Assembly (NCBI RefSeq): GCF_022045235.1
Contig: NW_027266308.1
Location: 62,186,001-62,250,000, forward strand
Reading direction: 5' to 3'
Length of the DNA: 64,000 nt
Source of the DNA: Haliotis cracherodii
Lineage: Eukaryota
In this document: piece after piece, positions 1 through 14,200 of the stretch
How positions within the stretch are numbered: position 1 is the first letter of the stretch
How the letters are laid out: each line of letters opens with the position of its first letter
Notes under the pieces: model-generated
What the model was told of the DNA's origin: nothing
Seen by the model: the letters and a program-made list of their open reading frames with translations, nothing else
Database searches by the model: none
Made by a program: the position numbers and the translations under genes

Positions 1-1800
1 CCGTATGTATGTAAGGTTTGTGGATATTTCCAAAGGTTTTGACTCAGTACAGCACTTTTTTATTGTGAAATCTATTATCAAAAAATGTTATATCACATAA
101 AGTATATAATGTTTTGAATGCAGTGTATTCGCAGAGACGTTCCTGTGTAAATACAAGTTATGGTTAAAGTGATTTCTTTGATTGGAGTATTGGAGTAAGA
201 CAGGATTGGATGGTATACCCTACATTATTTATTACATTTTAAATGACTTCATTGAAATGATCAGTCTGACTGCGGATGAAAATATGTTGGTAATCTTCTA
301 GACAATTTCACGACCTTATTATCTGCTGATGACATGCCAATGTTGCAGATGGCGTGTACAGATTACAGCCACAGATCGATATTTTATGCATGTTTTGCAA
401 TAATTATGGCATGAACGTGAATCAACAGAAGACTAAGATCATGGTATTCAGAAGAGGCTGACTGCTTAAAACAACTGAAAAATGTCACTGTGACGGACAT
501 ATTTTAGAAACTGTATCTGGAAATATATCTTGGTAACCATTTCAGTTCGGGAAAAACTTATCTATATTTATAACAACAGCCTAAGAAAGCTTCATTTTGT
601 CATTTTGGGGGCGGTCGGGTAGCCTAGTGGTTAAAGCGTTAACTCGTCACGCCGAAGACCCGGGTTCGATTCCCCACATGGGTACAATGTGTGAAGCCCA
701 TTTGTGGTGTCCCCCGCCGTGATATTGCTGGAATATTGCTAAAAGCGGCGTAAAACCGAACTCACTCACTATAAACTCAATGCAAATACGTCAATGTTCT
801 TGTTCGACAGTATGATGCGCCTATCTTAATCTACGCCGATGAAGTTTGGGGATATCATGCATTGAAAGGATACAGTTATATTTTTAAAACAATTTTTAGG
901 CATTTCTCCTAATACAAGCAACGATTCTGTACTCGGTGAATTATGAAGGTGTCCGTTATATCTATTTATGTTATGAAATGTGTTAAAATATGCATATAAG
1001 TGTTGTCCAGGTCATGTCCAGGTCCAGGTACCCCAGAAGTTCTTCCAATATGTTGTTTTCACTTGATAATTCAGGAAGGCAAAAGCATCCTCGGATTTGA
1101 TAGAAACGTTTTGTTTGAACATGGGTATGGATTCGATTGAGAATTGTCTTTGTAATCTACATGAGAAAGTAAAATTAAAATTTTATGAGTGAGTGAGTGT
1201 GGTTTTACGCCGCTTTTAACAATATTCCAGCGATACAAAGGCGAGGGACATCGGAAATGGGTTTCACGCATTGTACCCATGTGGGGAATCGAACCCGGGA
1301 CTTAAGCGTGACGAGCCGAAGCTTTAACCACTAGCCTACCCCACCACCCCTAAGATTTAATGAACAGTGTATATATGTGCGACAACCAGAACAGTATCTA
1401 GTAAATATTAAGAGTCAGTTATTTATGATATGGTTAATTAAATTCAGTTGTAGAAACATATTTTGCACGAAGAAAGATTATGTTAATATTGTAAACATGC
1501 CAGTTTAAAGAAAGTTATCGAAGATGAAGAACATTTTCTGTTGATCTGTCCTTGGTATGAGAATTGAAGAGTCAGCAATTTAGCGTTGTGAAAGGACATA
1601 TAAACGATCAATATGAAAACTTGTGACAACCAACATGCATGGGAAATAGGTGCAAACATATTTTATGGTTTTAAAGCGAGAAAACAATGGATTGAAAAAT
1701 ACTATGATATGAATTAATACCATTCGTTGATGATATATAGTTTTAGTAATGTACAGGAGAACCTTTCATCAATATATTGTTTGTGAATAATATGCCTGAT
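1..1800 (+). mobile_element. Degraded non-LTR retrotransposon (LINE) RT remnant with two SINE insertions
   Basis: Fragments of RT motifs DISKGFDSV (24-50), GVRQ (192-203), ADD (326-334) and KTKIMVF; many stops and frameshifts. Confidence 0.75.
607..770 (+). mobile_element. tRNA-derived SINE family A (~165 bp). Other copies: 1186-1350(-), 3558-3707(+), 7402-7582(-), 13248-13402(-), 21034-21197(+), 48432-48597(-)
   Basis: A box TAGCCTAGTGG, B box GGTTCGATTCC, (ACTC)n tail. The 48432 copy has flanking GGAGTAGT direct repeats. Confidence 0.9.
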
Positions 1801-2539
1801 GGCCTACATTTCCGAAAACAAACAAACAAAAACAACAACAAATAGTCAAATACATAATAGTGCCACACACATCTTACTGAATGAGAGAAAGAGACAAAGC
1901 TTTTTCAAACACAGTTTTTTCTGTTGTTTGTTTGATGTTTGACGCCGCACTCAACAATATTATTGTATAACCGTTTGCCATTTGATAGAAAAATCGTTCG
2001 TAAGAAATATAAACATTACAAATTCAATAATACAACTAGTGTCATCACCCACAGGTCTAACTGAAATTAGTCTAATTGTAAACACATTGAACACAATGTC
2101 CCTCAATACTACATATTACTGAGGCGTTGTCCTAATTTGATTTACTGCCTGGACTGGTTTGCATATTTGTTTTGTTTACTGCAGCACTCAGCAATATTCC
2201 AGCTAGATGACAGCGGTCTGTAAATAATCGAGTCAGGACCAGACTATCCAGTGATCGATGTCATGAACAACGGCCCACGCGGTCGAATCACGTGGACAAG
2301 CTATCTGCTAAATCACCGAGCGTGACCACGCACCTAACATGCGCCCGATCAGGCAAGTCGATTCGCATGACCAGAATATGTTTCTGGGGACCATTTGTAA
2401 CCTGCAATCACCAAATCGGGTCCTTGTTCAGGACTTATCCATCAAATAAATATTCACGGAGCAGTTGGAAAACATGCTGTCCTGGAATCCCTACGGGGGA
2501 AAAACAAATAAAGTGCTAGTTGTACATATTACAAGATTT

Positions 2540-2770
2540 TTGTTTGTTGTTTAACGCCGCAGTAAGCAATATTCAAGCTATATGACTGCGGTCTGTTAAT
2601 AATCGACTCTGGACCAGACAATCCAGTGATTGACATCATGAGCATTGATCCATGCAATTGGGATACGATGACATGCATCAATCAAGTCAGCGAGCCTGAC
2701 TACCCGAACCCGTTAGTCGCCTCTTACGACAAGCATAGACGCCTTTTACGGAAGGATGGGTTTGCTGAAG
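2540..2770 (-). mobile_element. SINE-like family B. Other copies: 2165-2340, 7055-7280, 9965-10147, 16357-16562, 43148-43292, 44187-44330, 46340-46593, 51045-51805
   Basis: Shared GTCGTAAGAGGCGACTAAC core and CTGGAATATTGCTGAGTGCGGCGTTAAAC(AAAC)n 3' end in many dispersed copies. Confidence 0.85.
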
Positions 2771-3713
2771 ACGCACGTATGTTTGATGGTGGATAAAAAT
2801 AAAACTTTTTTTTTTATACGGGTATATCATAGTTGTGTTGTGGACCTTGAAATGTTTTGGCGACTGTTTTCAGCCTAGTAACGTTTGGACAACGTTTGCA
2901 GTTTTGGGGGCAAATCCGAAGCTTATATATATACTTCCTTTCGCCAGCAGTTTCTTGTATTGTTTAGCCACCAGCGGGTATGACGTGGACAAATAATATC
3001 CCATATGTTAATCAAATGCTTATTTATCACATCCTCATGTGGTCGAACCAGCTGTGAACAATCTGAATTATCGGAATGCAACGATTAACCGCACGCTAGT
3101 TGCTAGCACAGTGTACAGCGACCCTAATGTGTAGTAATTACTAGTGTGCATAATAATTTATTACTTGTAGCGAATTTACTGTTAATGAGTACAGACGTGG
3201 ATGTGCATATGTTATCAGGAAATGGTAGGCTCTATTCTCCAATATAGTTGTGTTCCAGATACCTATTACTGTTAAACAGAAGCAATCCCCATAATTCCAG
3301 TCACGTTGTCAGCCATAATCCAAGTTATATACGACAGGGAAAACGTATCAAGTCTGACCGAGGTCACCGTTTTGGGACGTCGCGAGTCATGATAATAAAC
3401 TTGAAAATAGCCTTCAGCGAGCCAAGGAGACAACCCAATTAAACAATAATACCACAAAGAAGGCCCAATGTTGTTTTGCGCCGCGTTTGGTAATATCCTA
3501 GCCAAACCAAGGCTGGGGACACCAAGAATCGGCCTTACACATGGTTCATGTGCGGAAAGGGGCGGTCTGGTAGCCCAGTGGTTAAAGCGTTCGAAGTCAC
3601 GCTGAAGACCCGCGTTCTATTCCCGACATGGGTACAATGTGTAAAGCCCATTTCTGGTGTCCCCCTTCGTGATATTTCTGGAATATTGTTAAAAGCGGCG
3701 TAAAACACCTCCC

Positions 3714-3752
<39 letters not shown>

Positions 3753-6700
3753 TACATACATACATGCATACATACATCTTAACACAGTGCCTGACATCAT
3801 GAACCTATATACGCTTGACTCACCAAGATGCACGGATTCGCACACGAGTAAGTATGCTAGGGACAAATCACATTTTCTTTCTGAATCGAAAAGGTCAAAC
3901 GGGCATAGTACTTGAGCGTCATATACAGCAATAGTAGAACTAGGTCATGTTAATCATTTGGATCAGCTGTGATGTATAGCTGCTGGCTGTGACGATAAAC
4001 AACATTCAATCAGTTATGCATTTGGAACACGCCATGACATACAAAGAAATATACCTTCATGGCTCGATTTAATTAACCTGTTTTAACTTGCACCATCTGC
4101 ATGTTGACATAAAACCTACTTGCACTAGAAAAGAACAGGTTGCACCCTGTAAAAGTTGAAACATCCATACAGTTTGGTGACGTGTTCAGATTGATTTCGT
4201 GTGGACATGTAAGAGTTACACACAAATTGGAATGATTTTGACATGCGCTTGGTGCATGTAGATATAAATATAAGGGTCCGTTTTTCATTAAAGGGTTGCC
4301 CTTGTGCATGATTGATGTAGCTAAATCAAGCCAGGACCTTGGATATATATGAAACAACAAAGTAATTTCACTACTCTCCTCGATGATCCACTGTGTTTTT
4401 TTTAAATATATACTTCAGTGTGAAAGAGTGAGTTTTCAGAAGTTGAGAAAAGTGATATTTTCATTGCAGTGAACATAACATTTGATATTTCACTGCACTG
4501 AACATAACATGGACGGAACTATTGTCATACAAGAGTTACCTCCCCTTAAAATTGTCTCCCTTTGTCGTAAGTAACTAGTCCTTACGCAAACTGTTGACGT
4601 TCATATTACGTTAGGTCCACATTGACAAGGCAAAATAATGACAGATGGTCGTTTATGCAGTTAATATCATTCTTGCCGTTTTTTATTCTCTCGAAAATGT
4701 TTCCTTATAAACTGTAAATTTCTTCTCATTTAACTAGTCAATCGAGACTGTTCGTTTCGCAAAGCGCCATTTTTGTTACTTGACCAGCATGTATTCTTTC
4801 GCTTCCAACAGCTGCCTCCTAGTTTTCGAGAATATTTTTTGTTAAAGTTGATTTTGTTTATAATCATATCTGTATGATAAAGAATGTGTGTGCCCTTAAT
4901 ATTTTTTTATGCTTTTGTTTATATTTTTTAAGATTTTGCAAACGCGAAACTACTTTTAAAGTCGTAAACAAATGGTGGTGAATCGTCCCTGTATGTTAGG
5001 TAGTATAAATAAATATAGGGAGAATTTACGTTTCAAGGTTTTACATTAATGTAATGAAATAATTTCATTTTCTGCTAGACAACTACACAAAAAGTATATA
5101 ATAAATAGTACTCTCGGTCTTGCTTGACAGCGGTATAAGGATCTATACCGAAACGTCGCATTTACAGTAAAAGTTGTTATCCATAAATTGTGTCTACTTT
5201 GTAGTACTCTCACCAGAAACACGTACGTAGCATCTCGTTTGACTTCCCGCCACAAGCTGCGCTGTGACAAGGTATCTGATATACAGCGACTGTGTCACAG
5301 TGCTGCAACGTGAATCACAGAGACCCGACTGGCGCAGGACACGTGAAACCGAGTGGTAAGCTGTGGACTGTTTGGCATTATCATCGTACGCAGTGTGTAA
5401 CAATCCTTGTTTAAACTACAATCATGGCTTGGCTCCTTAAAAGTAAAGGCCAATTATCTATCTTAAAGCAAAATAAAACAACGTTTTCACGACATTTGAA
5501 GGTTCACCTATGACGAACCAGGTTTGTTCATTAACAACATATACAAGCTCTTTTTTGTAATCTCAAGGAAGTATAAATGAGTGAGTGAGTGAGTTGGGTT
5601 TAACGCCACTTTTAACAGTATTCCAGTTATATCACGGCGTGTCAGCTTAATGTGGGAGGAAAGCCCGAAGTGATGCAGGTCTCAGACGTTTACCACTCCG
5701 GTGAAACCCACGAGCACGGGTATGGTGCTGACAAACCTAGAAACATAATCGGGGCGAACCGGGATTCGAACCCACAATCATAGGTTTCTGGCGTGCCCAA
5801 GGGACGCAACTCTGCACAGCGAATCGCGTCGCCTCGGAAGACTTGGCCACCCATGCCCCCTAAGCATAAATGAAATTAGACATACGATGTTTTGTCTGTT
5901 GAACGTTTGTAGTAGCCAAGTGGTGTACAACGCCACGACTGTATTAAGCAGCCAGGTTCCATTGCAGGACCCCCCTCCCACTATCTTTTAATCCACCTCT
6001 GTGTTTGTAAGTATTCAACCCAATTGTGTTCCAACAATTCTGGATCTTGGAGACTGTCCCTATCGGAGCTGCACCAAAACCTACCGGAGCCCAGTTAGAT
6101 ATATTTGACATTGCTGGATTTAGGGGAGGGAGACAAATTCTTATTGTCAGCACATGCACGTTTGGCACGTCTGCAAGTTCTTGACATGGCGCATATTTTG
6201 CATCAACATGTACGTAATTCCCCGTCATGTCAGTTATCACCAAGCGTGTTCAGTAGACAGCCGCCGGAACCATATCCGAGGTGGCAGTATTATACAGCGA
6301 GCGTATCGTGTTGCCAAGTCTCTCCGGCCGTGTTTTATATACGTGTACTTTACGTATTGCGCATATGTGCATGTATTGTATTGAAATGTTTCAACCTTTA
6401 AAGTACAGCTGTGTATTCGACTGCGCTGCTTTCAGAATATTAATTGACCACCTTGTTGACCTTTCTTTAATCAACAATACTTTAAGGCATTTTCTTTGAG
6501 TTTTATTAGTTGTGGGGGCATTGGAAGCTTCTGGGTCACTCCAGTATGTTTTATGTAGTTCAGCTTACACAGCTTACACATGATTGGTCTAGTTCAAATT
6601 CTATTCTAGCGCTCAGCATTTTACCTGCACGCCAGCCATAACATCTTGACCATGTTCACGGACCACAGCCGTCCTCTGTATAGAAACTGTACCCTGTACC

Positions 6701-8265
6701 ATGTACAAAATTCAAAAATTGACATTAAACTTCGCACTGCACCTTTCACAGTTCGAAAAAGAATTATGTAGCAGTTTTGAAGTTACAGGTCGCACAAAAT
6801 AAATGTCCTCTGACCGACGAAGTCCTTGGTTAACTACATACCCACCACCAATGTCAGCTGACTTGAGACTTCAATCACGATAGTATGGCACAACCACCGG
6901 TAAATAAATACATATTTCATTAGACTTATCCTTACATATCTACGAAAGTGTATATTTTTAGGAAGCAGGTTTCTTTGTTCAGACTTCACCACACTACGAT
7001 AGGCTGTCCGAGGGTTTTGTCCCGTGAGAATACTAAAAGTACCTGCTTGTCTGATTTGGTTTGTTGGTTTGTTGTTTAAGGCCGCAATATTCCAGCTATA
7101 TGGCTGCGGTCTGTAAATAATCGAGTCTCTAACGGACAATCCAGTGATTAATATCGTGAGCACCGATCCACGCAATACGGGATCGATGACATGCATCAAC
7201 AAGTCAGCGAGCCTGACCACCCGATCCCGTAAATCGCCTCTTACCACCACAAGCAAAGTCGCCTTTTACGGCAAGCATGAGCTGATTGTCTGAGCGTGAA
7301 TGATGTTGTTGCACTGCAGTCATATACATACCAAAGGATTTCTCACAATCACATTTTAATACGATAAAGTTTAGTTAGTTAACCGAGCCGTCCCTCCCGA
7401 AAGTGAGAGTTTGATTTTACACCGCTTTTAGCAATATTCCAGCAATTTCACGGCTGGGGGGGGGGGGGGGGGGGGGGGGGACACCAGAAATGGGCTTCAC
7501 ACATTGTACCCATGTCGGGAATCGAACCCGGGTCTAGGCGTGACGAGCGAACGCTTTAACCACTGGGCTACCCGACCGCCCCTCCGTCCCGAAAGACAAA
7601 TAGCCCAGATCTGAAAGGCTCTTATTTGAAAAACTTACATTGATCATGTCCATTTGTGCAACCCCTGGTAGTCCGGTTAGTAGAATGCACATGCATTCTA
7701 CCCTACTCGGACACTGGTTCAACCAATTCCAGTCAAATCCTGGCCGAGATAAACCCAGCGAGGAGCTTCACACACTGTATCCTTATGTGGAAATCGAACC
7801 TGGGCCTTCTCGTGTAATATAGCAACCCATGCTTATCGCAAGAGGCGACTAACGGGTTCTGGTGGTCAGCCTCACCAACGCATGTCATCGTATCCTAATT
7901 GCGTAGTTGATGTTCATGTTAATCTCTTCAAGACCGCCATCATATATAGCTGGCATATTGTACTAAACAAACTGACAATTTCGTCAATTAACACATTTTG
8001 TAACCATATTTTCCTGAGTGTAAAACAGTTTTTATGTGCAATATCCCAGCTATATCAGGGTAGCCTGTAAATCTTGTAAAGCCTGGGTCAGTTATGTCAC
8101 AAAGCATGCTCCCCAACAACAACCTTTAGGTATGACACACAGCTTCAAGCTATATAAATCAAACCACTTTCCCTTGACACCTTGTTTATTCATTTTCTTT
8201 ATCACATTTTTCGATGACAGTAAAACTGTTCAGCACTGATTTCCCAGTGAATGTTTGCAACATAA

Positions 8266-11200
8266 TCACTTGAAGATCTTTCCCTGGTTGAACTTCTTGC
8301 CATCAAAGTTGCCCTCCCAGGTGAAGTACTCCTGCACCAAAGTCTTCGTCTTGGCATCATCAGGGTTGAGCTTGGTCCACTTGTAGGACTCAAAGTCTAT
8401 CTGCCAGTCCTCACTCAGCTAAAACACAAAGCAGATATCGGGTCAAACTAGGGTTTGCAGCCATAGAAAGTAACCATTTTAGTCCACTCGTCCTTATAAT
8501 ATTAACATATAGCAAAAAACTTAATAATGGCAAATTTCTATTAGTCCTTATGATATCTGAACTATTGGGCAGAGCCAATTTCTAAGCTGGTTTGTTGCTT
8601 ATGCGGCACTTGGCAATATTCCCGTGGCATGTACATAATTAGGACCAGATTGATATCGTGAACGATCCATGCCACGACACCTAAGTCAGTCAGCCTATTC
8701 TGACCTGGAATCTCCACAGTCATTCAAAATAGGTAATCAAAACCCATGGTTATGAAAAGAAGACTACGGATAATTAACAAAATACAAGTCTTATAAGGTA
8801 TTTGACTGTTAAGGATACGTACATACATTTTGTTTGTTGTTTAATGCCACACAATAAAAAAAACACAACCCTGGCAGGGAAATGCTTGAAAAAAATTCAA
8901 TACTTAAAACAGTACCTAACATTTTTTTACCACATACATGCTTAAACATATGTCTTTATGTTCAGGTATGACCCGTGATGTCGAATTATATGATGTGACA
9001 TCATAGGGCCTAGTGCCATACACTTTGTGAGGATCCTTATACTGTATATGCATTCATGTTGGTACGCATTCTCACCACTATTTGTCAGCTGATTTTATGA
9101 CAAATCTTCATTTATATTGAGAGCAAACTATGGGTAATTAATGTTACATTTGTACTTGTAGGTATTTTTTCACATTTGATTTATGTGTATTTATTTCAAC
9201 AGGGCCTCATTAGGGGTTCACAGGGTTAATTTCTTCAAAATTTCAAAACAGCTGGCATCCAAACATCAACCGTGTTTGTGCAATTGTTTTCACAAAACCA
9301 CTCTGGTTACAGTGGCAAGAGAAGAATTCTCATATCCAACATTCCACATATGCTTACCTCAAAAGCCAGTTGAGGTCCTCTCCAGAACCAGATGCCAGAG
9401 ATACTGTTCGTATTGTCTCCACCAAATATAATCATACTTCCAAATGCATTTTTTCTCATCTTGTCAAGACGCTGGAACATGCCTGCAGATTCAGAATTGA
9501 CATCCACTTGACTAAAAATATTTCTATTGAGAGGAAATATACTGATGCTTTTCGGCACAAACCTGGCTCAAGCCAAAACTTATCATATGAAGTGCCAAAC
9601 CTTGGACTAATGCTGAAGCAAGGTGAGCCACAAAGTAGGGGTTGCCAAACACAGAAGCAGCCCTGTCACTGCTATTTCTCACAATGACCTCATAGATGTT
9701 GTAGGATTTGTTAACGTGCCTGTAGGATTTGTTAACATGCATGCCTGTAGGATTTGTTAACGTGCAATGCCTGTAGGATTTGTTAACGTGCAATGCCTGT
9801 AGGATTTGTTAACATGCCTGTAGGATTTGTTAACATGCATGCATGTAGGATTTGTAAACATGCATGCCTGTAGGATTTGTTAACATGCCTGTAGAATTTG
9901 TTAACATGCCTGTAGAAGTAACCATGCCTGAGATAATGAAAATGATATAACCATGAGCTGAAGTTTTTGTTTATGTTTAACGCCGCACTCAGCAATATTC
10001 CAGCTATATGACGGCGGTCTGTAAATAATAGAGTCTGGATCAGACAATCCAGTGATTGACATCATGAGCATCAATCCACGCAATAGTGATATGATGACAT
10101 GCATCAACCAAGTCAGCGAACCCGTTAATCGCCTCTTACGACAAGCTTGGGTAGCTGGAAATACCATAGGTTGCACAGAAAGAACTAGAGGTATTTCAAG
10201 CTCAAACAACCTTCATTACTAGATTTGCTTGTCGATTGTTCATTTCTTGCTACGTTACACGACCAAAAAGTATGCATGATACAAATGACATATTTGTCAG
10301 TGTTCAAATACGCACCTGAAACAAGATTGCACACCATAAAGGTTTTCTTAGAAGACAGGTCTTGTGTGTATTCACAATGCCAAATAGAGTACTTGTCCTT
10401 TTCAAACTTGTCCCAGAAGTATGGCAAAGCAACTTTGTCTGTGTCCTCATTGGAGTATGTTCTCTTGAATTCATCGAAGTCAAAGTTCCTGAATTAAAGA
10501 AAAGGATAAATCTTAAATTATATTTAATTTAACTTGGCATAGATTCAGTATCATGGCTTGATATGGAAACAGACACCATTACTGCAATAACATTATAGAA
10601 TTCTGACACAATGAGCGGTAGAATTGTATCTGAAATGATTATTTTATAAGAAATAATTTTTCCCAATATCAATAATCATGTTATTTTATTTGCAGCTTTA
10701 ATATAAATATATATTGTGCTTTACATATATATATATATAGTAATAATTAAATAAGTGGAGCAAGACTGAACACAGTTTTAATTGGCTAGCGCTTTCAACT
10801 CGTACCATGTATGAGTCATCAGGCCATAACTGAATAAATGAAGTAGTAACATAGTTACGTGACGTCATAACATTTAGGAGAACTATGACGTCACAATACC
10901 AAGGTGACAATGGACAAATAACTTACGCCTTTACATTTAACTTAGGCGCGTATTTATGAATGAAATGCTCTTTTTGAAACAATGTAGGTTCATGATCAAA
11001 ATTTAGTTTATATAGCGGGAAAACTAAAAAGTTGCCGCTTCCACATGTATCTTAATGTTCACTGAGTGGAATCGTCGGTTGTGTGGCTGCTTTATTTATG
11101 ACAGTGAAGATTCATTCTTCTTTTTAATTTAAGTTCTGTCTTTCCGATATACTTTTCATGAACTTTTCAGTTCCCATATACTTTTCATGAAAAGTTCATG

Positions 11201-14200
11201 AAAAGTATATCGGAAAGACAGAACATATATATATATATACATATGTGAAATATATATGTTAAATGAATTACCATGAGCGTAGCACTTTGGTACAGCTGAT
11301 ACCTATTGCCGGATACTTTTTCGTATGGAAGAATTTGACCAATCACCATCTATGCGCCCGTGATTGCGAAAACCTTTTACTGACATATAATAGTCAAACT
11401 ACAACAAATATGACTTTCAGCGAGTCAATGTATGGCTTTTATGATATATCCTCTCTCTATCCACTTAAGTTCGTTTCAAGGCATCAATAGTGCTAAAATG
11501 ACCTTGGTTGCTGTAAATAACAGTGTTTTGCGATCTTCTGATCGCTTCACATACGATTTTGCCGAAATGAATTGAAACAATATTGAATGTGATTTGGAAT
11601 AAAAATATTAAAAAAGATTACAAACATAAGTGCCGATATAAAATGAACTCTTTTTACAACCAGACAGTGTAAACACATGATTAATTTGTGTACTTCCGTA
11701 CGGATTTGTTGACATGGCATTTCCGGTGTTACATGCTCACAGTAATGTCATTTTATTGGGGAAAAATACTTCTCTTGAAAGCCCCCTAATTCTAGTTACG
11801 AAAAATTTGTCTTATATGCAGCAATATACGGATTTGGATTCCTACCAGTTTGTAATCAACACACCCCTCCCTCCAATAAAAGCTGCCCACCCGCCCGCAC
11901 AATATTCTCATACGCCCTTACCTGAGAACCAATTCTTTTATTTTTTTAAGCCTTAGTAAAACAATTTCTAACATTGATAATATGTGAACATTTTGGTGCA
12001 ATGAAATCCCAATTGCATGAGATTAGAGCTATGGTCATGTTGGATGGTTTAGGAGTCCAGTCACAAATACTAGTGATGGACACTCGGCCAACCAATTATT
12101 ATATCCTCTTTAAACTCACAAGACCAACAGTGAAAGAGCAAGTCTCACAGAGGAATCCTAGACAAGGTAGAAAAGTTTTTCATTATGAAAGTAACAGTTG
12201 TTGTCAGGACAGTAGGACTTTCAGACTATGAGAGTGAAAGGTTTTCCTACAGCTTAAAATGGCACGGCATACCAAGAATAAGCTTCACATTGTACTAACA
12301 TGAGAAATAACCTTAGGCGTGGCGAGCCAATGTATCAATCACTAGGTTAGGTTTCAATGACCCCAGACAAACAGTTTCAATGTAAACAAAAGAATGGCAT
12401 TGAGGACAGTTTACATAAAACAGAAATGGGTCTCACCCTTTGGGGAACTGTGCAAAGGGGTCTTTCTTCTCAGGTCTTGGTGCCTCCTCTGCCTGGAAAT
12501 TCAAATGAATATCAAATTTAATGTGGTCGAATTCCATTTCATGAAAGCTTATTCTAACAATATGTTAATAAATGTCAATCTTTGCCCAAAAATAACTAGT
12601 GAAAATATAAAAAATAAGAATTTTCTACTTTCCTGAAGGACAGCAGATAATGGGGCAGATAGTCAAGTGCTTAATATTTACTCAGCTTATGTTTGTAGTT
12701 TTGAGATAACACTCATTTTACAGTATACCTTCTCTCTTTCAAAAACTTATAATTGATTCATGTAATCCAAGTCATGTGACAAACCTCAGCAGGCTTTTCC
12801 TCCTTGGGTTTCTGGGCCGGCTTGGCTTCCTTCTTGCTCTCCTTCTTGCTGTCCTTCTTGCCGTCCTTCTGCCCTCCGTGAAGGTCTGCATACTTCTTGG
12901 CTAAAGGAATGACAAGGCTTGAAATTGGTGGTAGGAAGTAGAAAACATATATTTAACTTTTAAAAAATGTCTCAATTAATTGATCAAATTACCTTGGGGT
13001 GTATGAGCAATTGGGTTTAACACCACTTTGATGATTATTCCAGTTATATCGCGGCATGTCAGCTTAATGTGGGAGGAAAACCCTAAGTGACACAGGTCTC
13101 AAGACGTTTACCACTTTGGTCAGACCCACAAACACGGGTATGGTGCTGACAAACCTAAAAACATAACTGTCAGCATCTTCCTCAAGTGCATTAGACCCGT
13201 GAAGATTCAGGGTAGAAATTACGGATCATCACGGGTGCTGGTACCATGAGTGTGTGGGTATGGTTTTACTCGCTATTCCAGCAATATCATGGCGGGGGAC
13301 ACCAGAAATGGGCTTCACACATTGTACCCATGTCGGGAATCGAACCAGGGTCTTCGGCATGATGAGCTAATGCTTTAAGCACTAGGCTACCCGACGGGCC
13401 CCTGGTGCTATGAAATCCCACTGGCATGAGATAAGGTTTATGGTCATGTTGGAAGGTTTAGGATTCCAGTCACAAATACTAGTGATGGAAACTCGGCCAA
13501 CCAATTATTATATCCTCTTTAAACTCACAAGACCAACAGTGAAAGAGCAAGTCTCACAGAGGAATCCCAGATGACGTGCATTGCCGTAACACCTCGGATA
13601 ACAGCTAATTTCAGGTGACCTCAAAGACTTATCTACTTTTTGCCATACCGTAAAATGTTATTGTTTAAAAACATTGTTGTTCGTCAAATATTCTGTTTGA
13701 TCATGATAATATTAAATCAGTTTCCCTTAGTGATGATCATGATTTTCATAACAAATGTCCTTATTCCAAATGAAGACATTTATTTTCATTTCCAATTTAT
13801 TAACAGTAGAGCAAAATTGAAATGTTATCAATAAAAGCCCCAAGACAGATAGGTAAAGGGGAGCACCGGTCAATATACATACCATCAAACTGAGCCATCT
13901 TGGTGCAGAGTGCGAAGTTCTTGACGACTGCCTTGAACTCCTTCTGGTTGATCAGTGTTGTGAACCACCGATTGACATTGGGGAAGGACTTGCGGAAGTC
14001 AGGGTCCAACACCTACACGACACAGTACAGTACAGAGAGATGCACTATATTTCATAAATTATTGCCACTTTTCATAGTAACAATTTTCTAACAATGATAA
14101 TATATAACATTTGAACATGGTGTTATGAAATCCCACTGGCATGAGATAAGGCTTATGGTCATGTTGGATGGTTTAGGATTCCGGTCACAAATACTAGTGA

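Noticed and set aside
607-690. tRNA-like sequences
   Set aside because: SINE heads with body and tail, multicopy, no proper cloverleaf.
9500-9690. GC-richer block in EEF1G intron 9 as a further snoRNA
   Set aside because: No convincing C/D or H plus ACA box arrangement, and it lies too close to the acceptor.
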